DNA of 64,000 nt from an uncultured Lachnospiraceae bacterium. Its GTDB lineage: Bacteria > Bacillota > Clostridia > Lachnospirales > Lachnospiraceae. Each line of letters starts with the position of its first letter. The stretch's first letter is position 1. The stretch lies in the NCBI GenBank assembly GCA_902795795.1, contig CADBMM010000105.1, positions 1,382-65,381 on the forward strand. Reading direction: 5' to 3'. Made by a program: the position numbers and the translations under genes. The notes beneath the pieces are model-generated. The model had not been told where the DNA came from. It searched no databases and saw nothing but the letters and a program-made list of their open reading frames with translations. Of the stretch, positions 1 to 10,082 are shown piece after piece.

Positions 1-1
1 T

Positions 2-1171
2 CTGGAAAGAGGCCGGGCGTGGACTGAAGCTATACTTGGACTAAGAGCGGCTGTAATACATATATGTACGGCACCTGAAGCGCTTGAACTTATAAAGCGA
101 ATGATTACCGATTGCGGTGATGTATACAGTGTTGTAGAACATCAGCGTTTCGTTCCTCTAGAACTACAGAAAAAGCCTCTGATATTTACAAAAAAGCCTG
201 AGAAGGGTGATTGTTATATAGTATTTTCACGAAAGGCTGTGCATGCTGCCGCTGCTGCTTTGAAAAAGACCGGCATATCCTGCAGTATGATCTACGGTGC
301 GCTACCTTATGACGTAAGAAGAAATGAAGCCAGGCGGTTCGTTTCAGGAGATACAGACGTTGTCGTTTCTACGGATGCTGTCGGTATGGGATTGAACCTT
401 CCCGTAAAACGTATATGTTTTCTCGAAGAGACTAAATTTGACGGTGAAACCAGACGCGAACTTATGCCGTCGGAAATAAAACAGATCTCGGGAAGAGCCG
501 GAAGATATGGTATATTTGAAAAAGGATATGTTGCGGTGGAGGAGAGTCTTTCATACGATCTTTTCAAAGAAGCTTTATCTGTCAAAAATGAGCCGGTCTA
601 TACAGCATACGTAGGCTTTCCATCATCACTTATCGGAATAGAAGGCAAGCTCTCAGAGATAATGGAACAATGGGCAAAAATCGAAACACGTGATTTTTAT
701 ACCAAGTCCTCAATGGAACGCGAGATATCCCTTTGCAGAGAGCTTGAAGGCATAAGTGATAATAAAGAACTTATTTACAGGTTCATCATGATCCCATACG
801 ATGAGGAAGATAAGGAACTGCACAATTTATGGCTTGAGATGTTCAGATGTGTCCTTGAAGGGGAGAATTACGATTATCAGTACCTTTACAAGTCGGTCTC
901 CGGAAATCTCTCTGATCTGGAACATCGGTTCAGGATCCTTGATCTGATGTATTATTATTCTGTCAATTTCGATGAATCAAAAAATGCAAACGAGATCATG
1001 GATAAAAAAAGATATATATCATCCCGGATCTCAAGTATTCTTGAAAACAGAAAGCCGGAAGTAAAAAGGTGCAGGATCTGCGGAAAGGAGCTTGCGTGGA
1101 ATTATCCTTACCGTTTATGCAGGAGCTGTAAGGCGGGGAAAAAGAGAAGCAGGTACGGCATGTCTTCATAA
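2..1171 (+). CDS. SUV3-like ATP-dependent helicase, C-terminal part (5' end lies outside the window)
   Basis: The reading frame is open from nt 2, with no stop before the listed Met at 101. Helicase C-terminal motifs VVSTDAVGMGLNLP and QISGRAGRYG are present. The C terminus carries a CRICG...CRSC zinc-ribbon-like pair. Confidence 0.7.
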   Translation: MERGRAWTEAILGLRAAVIHICTAPEALELIKRMITDCGDVYSVVEHQRFVPLELQKKPLIFTKKPEKGDCYIVFSRKAVHAAAAALKKTGISCSMIYGALPYDVRRNEARRFVSGDTDVVVSTDAVGMGLNLPVKRICFLEETKFDGETRRELMPSEIKQISGRAGRYGIFEKGYVAVEESLSYDLFKEALSVKNEPVYTAYVGFPSSLIGIEGKLSEIMEQWAKIETRDFYTKSSMEREISLCRELEGISDNKELIYRFIMIPYDEEDKELHNLWLEMFRCVLEGENYDYQYLYKSVSGNLSDLEHRFRILDLMYYYSVNFDESKNANEIMDKKRYISSRISSILENRKPEVKRCRICGKELAWNYPYRLCRSCKAGKKRSRYGMSS

Positions 1172-1322
1172 ACGATACATTGTTAAATAATTAAATTCTA
1201 TGAGAAATGAAAATTTTTATTGTATCTTACGCAAAATATATTTATAGTATCTTTGTACGGCCTTCTGACCTATTACATTTTACCCGTAATTTATACATAT
1301 AAGTATTAAGAAGGTAGACTAA

Positions 1323-2480
1323 TTGAAATTCAAGGATATAAAAAAACAACCATGGTTCAATTATGCTGCTGCACTGTGCATAGCGGTGCTGCTCTGGTTC
1401 ATATTGTGGAATATTGGTGCAATAGCTCACGTTGTAAATGTCATTATCATGGCGTGCACGCCTGTTATTGCCGGAATCGTTATAGCGTATATCCTTGATC
1501 CGATCGTGGTATTCTTTGAAAAGACTCTCTTTAAGAGAATAAAATCAAATAAGATCTCACGTCTCTTATCAATAGTGCTTACCGTGCTGCTTTTTACACT
1601 AGGACTTACCATACTCATGGTAACATTAATACCGCAGCTTACTTCAAGTATATCGGGAATATTCGGCAAGCTTTCATCATATAAAGAGATAGTTACCGAA
1701 TGGCTTTCCGGATTTAATTTCTACTCTGAATCAGTAGAAGTAGCCGTAGGGGATATATTCACAAGGATAAGCGGTATACTTCCGAATGTTCTCAATCTGA
1801 TAATTGAAAGTCTTAATACGATCGGAAGTACGGTCATAAATATTGTTATCAGCGCTATCATGGCCATTTACTTCCTGATAGGCAAGGGTACATCGATCAG
1901 ATTGATGAAGGCCATATTCAAAATTACACTGAAATCGAATTATCAGCCATTTGCTGATTTCATTAAAAAATGCAATCACATATTGAAGACTTATGTGACC
2001 GGTTCTTTGATCGAGGCACTTTTTGTAGGTCTGGCAAATGCTCTGCTGATGTCGATATTCAGAATGCCTTATGTGGTGCTTATCTCAGTCGTAGTAGGAG
2101 TGACGAACCTTGCGCCGACCTTTGGTCCGATCGTCGGAGGAGTTATAGGATTTTTGCTTCTCGTACTCGAAAATCCTGTATTTGGACTGATTTTTGTAAT
2201 ATTTACACTCGCAATACAGTCTATTGACGGTTACGTCGTAAAACCAAAGATGTTTGGAGATACACTTGGAGCCTCATCAATCTGGATACTTATTTTCATA
2301 ATTGTATTCGGCAGATTATTTGGTGTGATCGGGCTGCTTATAGCCATTCCTTTCGCGGCAATATCCCAGTTCCTGCTTCGCAATCTTTTTGCAAGACAGC
2401 TCAAGACCTCACGACACTTGCCAAAGAAAGAAGCACAGAAAGAGGCTGAAACAGATAAAAATAATACGGAGACAAAATGA
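1323..2480 (+). CDS. AI-2E family transporter (PerM/YhhT-like permease)
   Basis: A 385-aa polytopic membrane protein with the typical AI-2E layout and a charged C-terminal tail. It has a TTG start with a GAAGG RBS upstream and no usable in-frame ATG nearby. Confidence 0.75.
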   Translation: MKFKDIKKQPWFNYAAALCIAVLLWFILWNIGAIAHVVNVIIMACTPVIAGIVIAYILDPIVVFFEKTLFKRIKSNKISRLLSIVLTVLLFTLGLTILMVTLIPQLTSSISGIFGKLSSYKEIVTEWLSGFNFYSESVEVAVGDIFTRISGILPNVLNLIIESLNTIGSTVINIVISAIMAIYFLIGKGTSIRLMKAIFKITLKSNYQPFADFIKKCNHILKTYVTGSLIEALFVGLANALLMSIFRMPYVVLISVVVGVTNLAPTFGPIVGGVIGFLLLVLENPVFGLIFVIFTLAIQSIDGYVVKPKMFGDTLGASSIWILIFIIVFGRLFGVIGLLIAIPFAAISQFLLRNLFARQLKTSRHLPKKEAQKEAETDKNNTETK

Positions 2481-4069
2481 CATCAATCAAAGACGAAATA
2501 AAACAGAGACGTACATTTGCAATAATATCCCATCCTGATGCCGGGAAAACGACCCTGACGGAAAAATTCCTCCTCTATGGAGGAGCAATAAATCTCGCAG
2601 GCTCAGTTAAAGGAAAAGCAACTGCCAGACATGCTGTTTCCGACTGGATGGAAATAGAAAAACAAAGAGGTATCTCGGTCACTTCTTCGGTACTGCAGTT
2701 CAACTATGGCGGATACTGCATAAACATTCTGGATACTCCGGGACACCAGGATTTCTCTGAAGATACTTACAGAACACTCATGGCGGCAGACTCGGCAGTC
2801 ATGGTCATTGACGGAGGTAAGGGCGTAGAAGCGCAGACAAGAAAGCTTTTCAAAGTCTGCGTTATGCGTCATATTCCGATATTTACTTTCATTAACAAGA
2901 TGGATAAGGACGCAAACGATACCTTTGACCTTATGGACGAGATAGAAAAGGAACTTGGTATCGCAACATGTCCGATCAACTGGCCGATTGGTTCGGGAAA
3001 AAGCTTTAAAGGCGTATATGACAGAAACTCCAAAAAAGTCCATATATATTCAGATACCCTTAAAGGTACAAAAGAAGGAAAAGACGAAGAGATAGATATT
3101 AATGATCCGAAGCTTATGGATCATATTTCCGTAGGACAGAAAGAAACGCTTGATTCCGAGATCGAGCTGCTTGACGGAGCTTCGGCCGACTTCGATCTGG
3201 ATCTTGTCCGTGCAGGTGAGCTTACCCCTGTATTTTTCGGATCCGCCCTTACTAATTTCGGCGTCGAAGTCTTTCTTAAACATTTCCTGGAAATGACGAC
3301 GAGCCCGCTTTCAAGAACATCAGATATAGGCGATATAGATCCGTTTGATGACGACTTCTCAGCGTTTGTCTTCAAGATCCAGGCAAATATGAACAAGAAC
3401 CATCGTGACCGTATAGCATTTATGCGTATCGTTTCGGGTAAATTTACGGCAGGGATGGATGTCTTCCATGTTCAGCAGGATAAAATGATAAGGCTTCAGC
3501 AGCCACAGCAGATGATGGCGGATGACAGACACGTGGTAGAAGAGGCCTGTGCCGGAGATATAATCGGAGTTTTCGATCCGGGTATCTTTTCGATCGGCGA
3601 TACCCTGACAACAAAGAAAGAGCACTTCCATTTTGACAGGATCCCGACATTCGCTCCCGAGCATTTTGCCAAGGTGGTGCAGCTGGATACCATGAAGCGT
3701 AAACAGTTTGTAAAAGGAGTAATGCAGATAGCGCAGGAAGGCGCCATCCAGATATTCCAGGAAATGAAAGGCGGCATGGATACTGTTATCGTCGGTGTCG
3801 TAGGCGTGCTGCAGTTCGAAGTGCTGGAATACAGGCTTAAGAATGAATACAACGTTGACATCAGACTGGATATGCTTCCTTATGAATACATCAGATGGAT
3901 CGCAGACCCGGAAAATGTCGATCTTGACAGCATTACCGGAACGTCCGATATGAAAAAGGTACTCGATATGAAAGGAAGACCGCTTCTTCTGTTTGTAAAT
4001 CCCTGGAGCGTTCAGATGACTCTGGACCGGAATTCCGGACTTGTGCTCGAGGAATTCAGCAAGAACTAG
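2477..4069 (+). CDS. prfC: Peptide chain release factor 3 (GTPase)
   Basis: N-terminal RRTFAIISHPDAGKTTLTEKFL G1 motif, then DTPGHQDF and NKMD. The 530-aa length is typical. An ATGA overlap links it to the upstream gene. Confidence 0.95.
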   Translation: MTSIKDEIKQRRTFAIISHPDAGKTTLTEKFLLYGGAINLAGSVKGKATARHAVSDWMEIEKQRGISVTSSVLQFNYGGYCINILDTPGHQDFSEDTYRTLMAADSAVMVIDGGKGVEAQTRKLFKVCVMRHIPIFTFINKMDKDANDTFDLMDEIEKELGIATCPINWPIGSGKSFKGVYDRNSKKVHIYSDTLKGTKEGKDEEIDINDPKLMDHISVGQKETLDSEIELLDGASADFDLDLVRAGELTPVFFGSALTNFGVEVFLKHFLEMTTSPLSRTSDIGDIDPFDDDFSAFVFKIQANMNKNHRDRIAFMRIVSGKFTAGMDVFHVQQDKMIRLQQPQQMMADDRHVVEEACAGDIIGVFDPGIFSIGDTLTTKKEHFHFDRIPTFAPEHFAKVVQLDTMKRKQFVKGVMQIAQEGAIQIFQEMKGGMDTVIVGVVGVLQFEVLEYRLKNEYNVDIRLDMLPYEYIRWIADPENVDLDSITGTSDMKKVLDMKGRPLLLFVNPWSVQMTLDRNSGLVLEEFSKN

Positions 4070-4141
4070 TTTGTTTGTATTTTTATTCATTATTTGGTAT
4101 ACTTCATAATATAACCGCAATATGAAATACTGGAGGCTGTT

Positions 4142-4552
4142 ATGGCAGAGAAAAGGAATATATTTACTATTTATGAAGATGCTACGATGGGCACCGTAAA
4201 GATATCTGATGAAGTCATTGCTATCATTTCGGCGCTTGCGGCTACTGAACCGGAAGGCATCGCATCCATAAGAGAAGGACTGTCGGGTGATCAGATAACC
4301 AAAGCCGGCATGAAAGCTCTAGCAAAAAGCGTTAAAGTGGAGATCGAAAATAATAAGGTCACGATCCATCTCGTGCTTAATATGAAATACGGATATAATA
4401 TTCCGGAAACCACGAAACAGGCCCAGGAAAAGGTTAAGGAAGTTGTTGAGAACATGACAGGTCTTAATGTTGCAGGTGTACATGTCTCAATATCAGAAGT
4501 AATAATGCCGGCCGCCGATAAAAAGCAGAAAAAGATCAAACAGCCAAAATAA
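4142..4552 (+). CDS. Asp23/Gls24 family envelope stress (alkaline shock) protein
   Basis: 136 aa, with GTVKISDEVIAIISALAATEPEGI typical of the Asp23 family. It sits upstream of nusB, as in many Firmicutes. Confidence 0.85.
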   Translation: MAEKRNIFTIYEDATMGTVKISDEVIAIISALAATEPEGIASIREGLSGDQITKAGMKALAKSVKVEIENNKVTIHLVLNMKYGYNIPETTKQAQEKVKEVVENMTGLNVAGVHVSISEVIMPAADKKQKKIKQPK

Positions 4553-4554
4553 TT

Positions 4555-4977
4555 ATGACTCGACACGAAATAAGACAGACAGTATTCTCCCTTCTTTACA
4601 TGAACGGGTTTTATGAAGACAGTCAGCTGGACGGACAGCTCGATCTTTATTTCAAAGCAGACCATGAAGGCGAATACAGTGATGAAGACGAACAATATAT
4701 AAGAGAGAAGCTTCGTAATATAGTTTCGAAGACAGAAGAGATAGACGGATTTATCGACGAAAGTGCCAAAGGCTGGAAAATATCCAGATTAAATAAAGTC
4801 GATCTGTGTATCTTAAGACTTGCTGTTTACGAAATGCTCTATGACGATGGCGTTCCCTATAAGGTAGCCATAAACGAAGCAATAGATATCGCAAAACAGT
4901 ACGGAGGCGAAGATTCTCCGGCATTCATCAACGGTATACTCGGAAAGATCGCCTCCTGGAAAGGACTTTTGGATTGA
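4555..4977 (+). CDS. nusB: Transcription antitermination factor NusB
   Basis: 140 aa, with RLAVYEML and AINEAIDIAKQYGGEDSPAFINGILG motifs. Confidence 0.9.
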   Translation: MTRHEIRQTVFSLLYMNGFYEDSQLDGQLDLYFKADHEGEYSDEDEQYIREKLRNIVSKTEEIDGFIDESAKGWKISRLNKVDLCILRLAVYEMLYDDGVPYKVAINEAIDIAKQYGGEDSPAFINGILGKIASWKGLLD

Positions 4978-6185
4978 GTACCGTATATTCGGTCTTCCAG
5001 ATAAATAATTATATAAAGAACATGATCAGACAGGATTTTCTCCTGTCTGGTAATATTCAGGTACAGGGAGAAGTCAGTAACTGCAAGGATCATTCAACAG
5101 GTCTTTATTTTACGCTTAAGGATGAAAAAGCGGCTATAAGCTGTGTTATGTTCCGTAGCGTATCTGCAGGGCTGGCTTTTTCGTTGCGCCCGGGCGATCA
5201 GGTCGTTGTTACCGGAAACATAGATGTATATGCAAAAAACGGTACCTGCCAGCTTTATGCGAAAAAAATTGAAAAAAGCGGCGCCGGCGTTTTGTATGAA
5301 CGATTCTTAAGGCTGAAGGAAAAGCTTGAAGATATGGGTATGTTCTCGGAGGTATACAAGCAGAGCATCCCGTCATTCGCGCAGAATATCGGAGTTGTGA
5401 CTGCTCCGACCGGTGCTGTCATCCGCGATATTTTAAATGTCGCAAAGAGAAGACATCCCGGAGTATCGATATATCTGTATCCAAGCCTCGTTCAGGGAGA
5501 GAACGCTGCAGAAAATATCGTTCACGGCATCGAAGTCCTCGATAAGATGGGACTGGATGTGATAATTGTCGGCCGCGGAGGCGGTTCCATAGAAGATCTG
5601 TGGGCCTTCAATGAAGAGATTGTAGCAAGAGCTATATTTTATGCAAATACGCCGATCATTTCAGCTGTAGGTCATGAGACAGACTGGACGATCGCGGATT
5701 TTACAGCAGATCTTCGGGCTCCGACGCCATCAGCGGCAGCAGAACTGGCTGTTCCCGATGTTACAGGAATTCTCAAGAATCTTGACGAGCGTGAAAATTA
5801 TTTTGAGATCCTGATGAATAACGCCGTGAACTCGTACAAAAAGACTTTGAAACAGTACTCGGCTGCGGTTTCTGCTCATTCTCCTGAAATGCTGATACGA
5901 CGCAGCCGCGAAATAGTTTCAGCTCACCAATTGGAACTTAAAAGCCTTTTTGACCATTATCTGAATCAAAGCAGGTATGCACTTAATATTCGCACCGAGA
6001 AGCTGGAGGGGCTTTCGCCTCTGGAAAAACTGAAACAGGGATTTTCGTTTGTTTCCGCAGCGGACGGCCGTCCGGTAAAAAGCATAAAAGATATAAATAC
6101 AGGCGAGACCGTGAGTATCGATCTGGCTGACGGCGAGATAAATGCCGTTGTTTCCGCAGTAAAGGAGAGATATATTGCAAACTGA
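4974..6185 (+). CDS. xseA: Exodeoxyribonuclease VII large subunit
   Basis: N-terminal OB-fold region followed by IGVVTAPTGAVIRDI and IIVGRGGGSIEDLWAFNEE motifs. The TTG start overlaps the nusB stop. Confidence 0.9.
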   Translation: MSTVYSVFQINNYIKNMIRQDFLLSGNIQVQGEVSNCKDHSTGLYFTLKDEKAAISCVMFRSVSAGLAFSLRPGDQVVVTGNIDVYAKNGTCQLYAKKIEKSGAGVLYERFLRLKEKLEDMGMFSEVYKQSIPSFAQNIGVVTAPTGAVIRDILNVAKRRHPGVSIYLYPSLVQGENAAENIVHGIEVLDKMGLDVIIVGRGGGSIEDLWAFNEEIVARAIFYANTPIISAVGHETDWTIADFTADLRAPTPSAAAELAVPDVTGILKNLDERENYFEILMNNAVNSYKKTLKQYSAAVSAHSPEMLIRRSREIVSAHQLELKSLFDHYLNQSRYALNIRTEKLEGLSPLEKLKQGFSFVSAADGRPVKSIKDINTGETVSIDLADGEINAVVSAVKERYIAN

Positions 6186-6402
6186 TACAAACAACTTGCA
6201 GGATGAAATGACACTGGAAGAAAGCTTTAAAAAGCTTGATGAGATAACTGCTAAAATGGAAGATTCACAACTCTCACTTGAGGAAAGATTCGTTCTGTAC
6301 AAAGAAGGCGTGAACCTGATCAAATTCTGCAGTGAAAAGATCGATACTGTTGAAAAGCAGCTTAAGCTTGTAAATGACGACCTTTCTGTAAAGGAGGTCT
6401 GA
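6175..6402 (+). CDS. xseB: Exodeoxyribonuclease VII small subunit
   Basis: A 75-aa helical protein with LEESFKKLDEI...LSLEE, immediately after xseA. TTG start, with a GGAG 7 nt upstream. Confidence 0.85.
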   Translation: MQTDTNNLQDEMTLEESFKKLDEITAKMEDSQLSLEERFVLYKEGVNLIKFCSEKIDTVEKQLKLVNDDLSVKEV

Positions 6403-6408
6403 TAAATT

Positions 6409-7314
6409 ATGTCATTCACAGATTTTAAAACCGAGCTCAGAGAAAGAACTGACAAAGCAGAGTCTGTAATAAAAAAATGGCTTCCTGAAAACAAAGGTTA
6501 TCCCGGTATAATGCCGGAAACCATGCGCTACAGTGTTCTGGCAGGCGGCAAAAGGCTCAGGCCGCTTATGCTGTTATATATTTGTGAAGCCGCAGGTGGT
6601 GATATCTCTGCTGCAGAACCTTTTGCGGCGGCAATGGAATTCATTCACACATCATCGCTTGTTCATGATGATCTGCCTGCAATAGATAATGATGATTTAA
6701 GACGTGGTAAGCCGACGACACATGCAGCTTACGGCGAATCGGCCGCGATCCTGGCCGGAGACGCGCTGCTCAATTACGCATATGAAGTTATCATAAAGGG
6801 CATAAAGATGGCAGGTTATCAAACCGGCGCAGTTAAAGCGGCTGAAGTAATAGCAGAAAAATCCGGCGTATACGGTATGCTTGGAGGTCAGGGCCTTGAT
6901 GTAGAAACCGACAAAGGTACATTTTTCCAGGACGACATTGGAAAGCTCGATTATACATATGAACGAAAAACAGCGGCTCTCATAGAAGCTTCTCTTATGG
7001 CAGGAGCCTGCCTTGCCGGAGCAGACGAAAGAACGGTGTCTGTACTTGAAAAGATCGGCCATGATATAGGCATGGCATTTCAGATAGAAGATGATATTCT
7101 GGATGTTACTTCTGATCAGGAAACCCTTGGTAAGCCTGTTCTTTCAGACGTAAAGAATAATAAAAAGACATATGTATCGCTCATGTCGCTGGAGGGTGCC
7201 CGTCAAAAAGCTCAAGAATATACCGGGTCTGCGATAAAAGAAGCCGGAAAACTGCCTTTCGACAGTACATTTCTTATCGGACTTATAAATTATCTGGTCA
7301 GCCGCAGATCCTGA
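6409..7314 (+). CDS. ispA: Polyprenyl (farnesyl/geranyl) diphosphate synthase
   Basis: First Asp-rich motif LVHDDLPAIDNDDLRRG and second Asp-rich motif FQIEDDILD. It occupies the conserved position between xseB and dxs. Confidence 0.9.
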   Translation: MSFTDFKTELRERTDKAESVIKKWLPENKGYPGIMPETMRYSVLAGGKRLRPLMLLYICEAAGGDISAAEPFAAAMEFIHTSSLVHDDLPAIDNDDLRRGKPTTHAAYGESAAILAGDALLNYAYEVIIKGIKMAGYQTGAVKAAEVIAEKSGVYGMLGGQGLDVETDKGTFFQDDIGKLDYTYERKTAALIEASLMAGACLAGADERTVSVLEKIGHDIGMAFQIEDDILDVTSDQETLGKPVLSDVKNNKKTYVSLMSLEGARQKAQEYTGSAIKEAGKLPFDSTFLIGLINYLVSRRS

Positions 7315-7363
7315 ACGGCAGGCTGATAAGTACGCCTGAAAATACGGACGATACGAGGTGTTT

Positions 7364-9235
7364 ATGCTTGAATTAATTAATAAAATCGGAGATATAAAAA
7401 AAATACCTGAGAACCGCCTTAACGATCTTGCTGCCGAGATCAGAAGATTCATGATCGAAAAAGTCAGCAAAACAGGTGGGCATCTTGCGTCCAGCCTTGG
7501 TACTGTAGAGCTGACGATAGCACTTCACAGGGTCTATGATCTTCCCTCGGATAAGATCATCTGGGATGTAGGACATCAGGCATATACTCACAAGATCCTG
7601 ACCGGCAGAAAAGATGAATTCGACCGACTGAGGCAGGAAGGCGGTATAAGCGGATTTCCCAGAAGGTCGGAAAGTGAAGCTGACAGCTTTGATACCGGCC
7701 ACAGCTCGACGTCCATATCCTCAGGTCTTGGTTATGTAAAGGCCAGGGAATTAAGCGGAGAAGAGTATTCTGTCGTTTCGGTAATAGGCGACGGCGCCCT
7801 CACCGGCGGTCTGGCATATGAGGCGCTCAACAACGTTTCAATCGTTCATTCCAATTTTGTTATTGTTTTGAACGATAATGAAATGTCCATTTCTAAAAAT
7901 GTCGGCGGAATATCGGATTACCTTGCCCGGGTAAGGACATCTGAAGCTTATACAGGCTTGAAGATGACTGTTTCATCAAACCTTGAAAAACTGCCCAGAA
8001 TAGGCAGTGGAATGATCGAAGGCATTCGTAAGACCAAGAGTTCGATAAAACATTTCATCGTTCCCGGAATGTTTTTCGAAGATATGGGCCTGACATATCT
8101 GGGGCCTGTAGATGGTCATGATATTAAAAAACTGGAGAATGTCCTTATAGAAGCCAAAAGCTTCCCCGGCCCGGTACTTGTTCATGTGATCACAGAAAAA
8201 GGCAGGGGATATGCTCCGGCAAGTAAAAATCCTACGAAGTTCCATGGAATATCTGCCTTTAAGGTCAGCGATGGTGAAGCTGCGGCAAATAATGAAGGTA
8301 CATTCACTTCTTATTTCGCCAGGGAAATGGTCAGGCTTGGAAGAGAAAATAAAAAGATCACAGCAATCACTGCTGCGATGAAGGAAGGCGTAGGCCTTAA
8401 AAGATTTGCAAGCCTGTATCCTGACAGATTTTTTGATGTCGGAATAGCAGAAGAACATGCTGTCACATTTGCATCCGGGCTGGCACTGGGTGGATATATT
8501 CCGGTAGTTGCCATATATTCATCATTTCTTCAAAGAGCCATGGATCAGATCATGATGGATGTTTGCGCTCAGAAGCTGCACGTCGTTTTTGCTTTGGACC
8601 GTTCAGGTTTCGTTGGTGAAGACGGAAAAACTCATCAGGGTCTGTTCGATATTTCCTATCTTTCGGAAATACCGAACATGACATTAATGGCTCCTAAGGA
8701 TGGACATGAACTTGTTGAAATGCTGGATCTTGCAGTAGAGATGGATGGTCCAGTTGCAATAAGATATCCTAAAGGGGCCCAGACCGACAGATTCCGTGGC
8801 TTCTGCGCTCCGGTAAGGCGCGGTAAAGCAGAAGTTCTCAGACGCGGAAAAGATCTTTGCATCTGGGCTGTGGGAAACATGTGTGAAACAGGCGATGCGG
8901 TATGCAGCAACCTTATTGAAGCCGGATATGATCCTACGCTCGTCAATACAAGATTTGTAAAGCCTTTTGATAAAGAACTCCTTAAAGAATTATCAAAAGA
9001 CCATAAATACATAATGACTCTCGAGGAAAACATCTCGATCGGCGGCTTCGGACGTGCAGTGCTGAACGAAATAGCCAAGGAGAAACTTGATATTATTGCT
9101 GAAATATGCGCTGTAAGCGATATATTTGTAGATCATGGTACTGTAAGCCAGCAGAGAAAACGCTGTGGTCTGGATGTGGATTCTCTTACTGAAAGAGCAC
9201 TTAAACTCATTAATACTCAGATTCCGGAGAACTGA
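7364..9235 (+). CDS. dxs: 1-deoxy-D-xylulose-5-phosphate synthase
   Basis: GGHLASSLG, WDVGHQAY and GDGALTGG (ThDP) motifs, about 620 aa. The ATG at 7364 lies 5 nt after GAGG, so I prefer it to the GTG at 7358 listed in the ORF track. Confidence 0.93.
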   Translation: MLELINKIGDIKKIPENRLNDLAAEIRRFMIEKVSKTGGHLASSLGTVELTIALHRVYDLPSDKIIWDVGHQAYTHKILTGRKDEFDRLRQEGGISGFPRRSESEADSFDTGHSSTSISSGLGYVKARELSGEEYSVVSVIGDGALTGGLAYEALNNVSIVHSNFVIVLNDNEMSISKNVGGISDYLARVRTSEAYTGLKMTVSSNLEKLPRIGSGMIEGIRKTKSSIKHFIVPGMFFEDMGLTYLGPVDGHDIKKLENVLIEAKSFPGPVLVHVITEKGRGYAPASKNPTKFHGISAFKVSDGEAAANNEGTFTSYFAREMVRLGRENKKITAITAAMKEGVGLKRFASLYPDRFFDVGIAEEHAVTFASGLALGGYIPVVAIYSSFLQRAMDQIMMDVCAQKLHVVFALDRSGFVGEDGKTHQGLFDISYLSEIPNMTLMAPKDGHELVEMLDLAVEMDGPVAIRYPKGAQTDRFRGFCAPVRRGKAEVLRRGKDLCIWAVGNMCETGDAVCSNLIEAGYDPTLVNTRFVKPFDKELLKELSKDHKYIMTLEENISIGGFGRAVLNEIAKEKLDIIAEICAVSDIFVDHGTVSQQRKRCGLDVDSLTERALKLINTQIPEN

Positions 9236-9236
9236 T

Positions 9237-10061
9237 ATGGGAAATCCTTCTAAAGAAAGACTGGATATTCTGGTCTGTAATAATGGCCTTGCGTCTTCAC
9301 GTGAGAAAGCGAAAGCGCTTATAATGGCGGGAACCGTTCTTGTAAACGGCGAAAGGGAAGACAAACCTGGTTCGGTATTTCCTTCAGATGCAGTTATTAC
9401 TCTGAAAGGAAATCCGCTTAAATACGTAAGCCGTGGCGGCCTGAAGCTTGAAAAAGCGGTAGAGGTCTTTGGACTGGATCTGGAAGGAAAGGTATGCATG
9501 GACGCCGGGGCATCTACCGGCGGGTTTACGGACTGTATGCTGCAGAACGGAGCGTCAAAGGTCTATTCTGTCGATGTCGGATATGGTCAGCTGGACTGGA
9601 AGCTGAGAAATGATCCGCGTGTCGTCTGCATGGAAAAAACGAATGTAAGATATATGACGCCGGATATGCTGCCTGAAAAATGCGACTTTGCATCTATAGA
9701 TGTTTCTTTTATATCTTTATTGAAGATAATACCGCCGGTTCGTGATATACTTAAACCTGAAGGCGAGATCACAGCGCTTATAAAACCACAGTTTGAAGCC
9801 GGCAGAGAAAAGGTCGGGAAAAAAGGCGTTGTGCGGGATCCGCTCGTTCATATAGAAGTAATTGAGAAAGTTATTCTCTTTGCGCAGAGCATCGGACTTT
9901 TTGTGAAGGGACTGGATCATTCACCTGTAAAGGGACCGGAAGGGAATATCGAATACCTGCTGTATCTGACGCAGATCGCTAATGAAGCTGCCCGGGGAGC
10001 TGCGGATTTAGAATATATAAAAAAGACAGTTACAGCAGCACATGATGAGCTGGATCACTGA
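9237..10061 (+). CDS. tlyA: TlyA family rRNA (cytidine-2'-O)-methyltransferase (S4 + FtsJ domains)
   Basis: RLDILV...SREKAKALIMAG (S4 domain) and DAGASTGGFTDCMLQNGA (SAM-binding). The ATG at 9237 follows the dxs stop directly, whereas the ORF-track start at 9165 would overlap dxs. Confidence 0.85.
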   Translation: MGNPSKERLDILVCNNGLASSREKAKALIMAGTVLVNGEREDKPGSVFPSDAVITLKGNPLKYVSRGGLKLEKAVEVFGLDLEGKVCMDAGASTGGFTDCMLQNGASKVYSVDVGYGQLDWKLRNDPRVVCMEKTNVRYMTPDMLPEKCDFASIDVSFISLLKIIPPVRDILKPEGEITALIKPQFEAGREKVGKKGVVRDPLVHIEVIEKVILFAQSIGLFVKGLDHSPVKGPEGNIEYLLYLTQIANEAARGAADLEYIKKTVTAAHDELDH

Positions 10062-10082
10062 TCGATACATGAGGACTGCCAA

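Noticed and set aside
3359-4120. Long antisense ORFs: 253 aa here, also 5919-6494, 19335-19856, 36181-36834, 49581-50075 and 49819-50400.
   Set aside because: Each lies entirely opposite a confidently identified conserved gene (prfC, xseA/xseB, KH/rimM, mreC/mreD, dctM). They have low-complexity or odd composition, and no RBS or recognisable motif. They are shadow ORFs typical of purine-skewed coding strands.
7315-7357. Short hairpin CAGGC-(9 nt)-GCCTG after ispA as a terminator.
   Set aside because: The stem is 5 bp with no T-tract, and dxs follows 40 nt later in a conserved operon. It is unlikely to terminate transcription.
9165-9236. Upstream extension of tlyA given in the ORF track, and similarly 32384-32431 for the COG2509 gene, 21149 for larB, 61082 for nfnA and 42411 for the P-loop gene.
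   Set aside because: The extensions overlap the preceding gene or lack an RBS. Internal ATGs with proper Shine-Dalgarno spacing, or ATGA/TAATG coupling, give N termini that match the family consensus.
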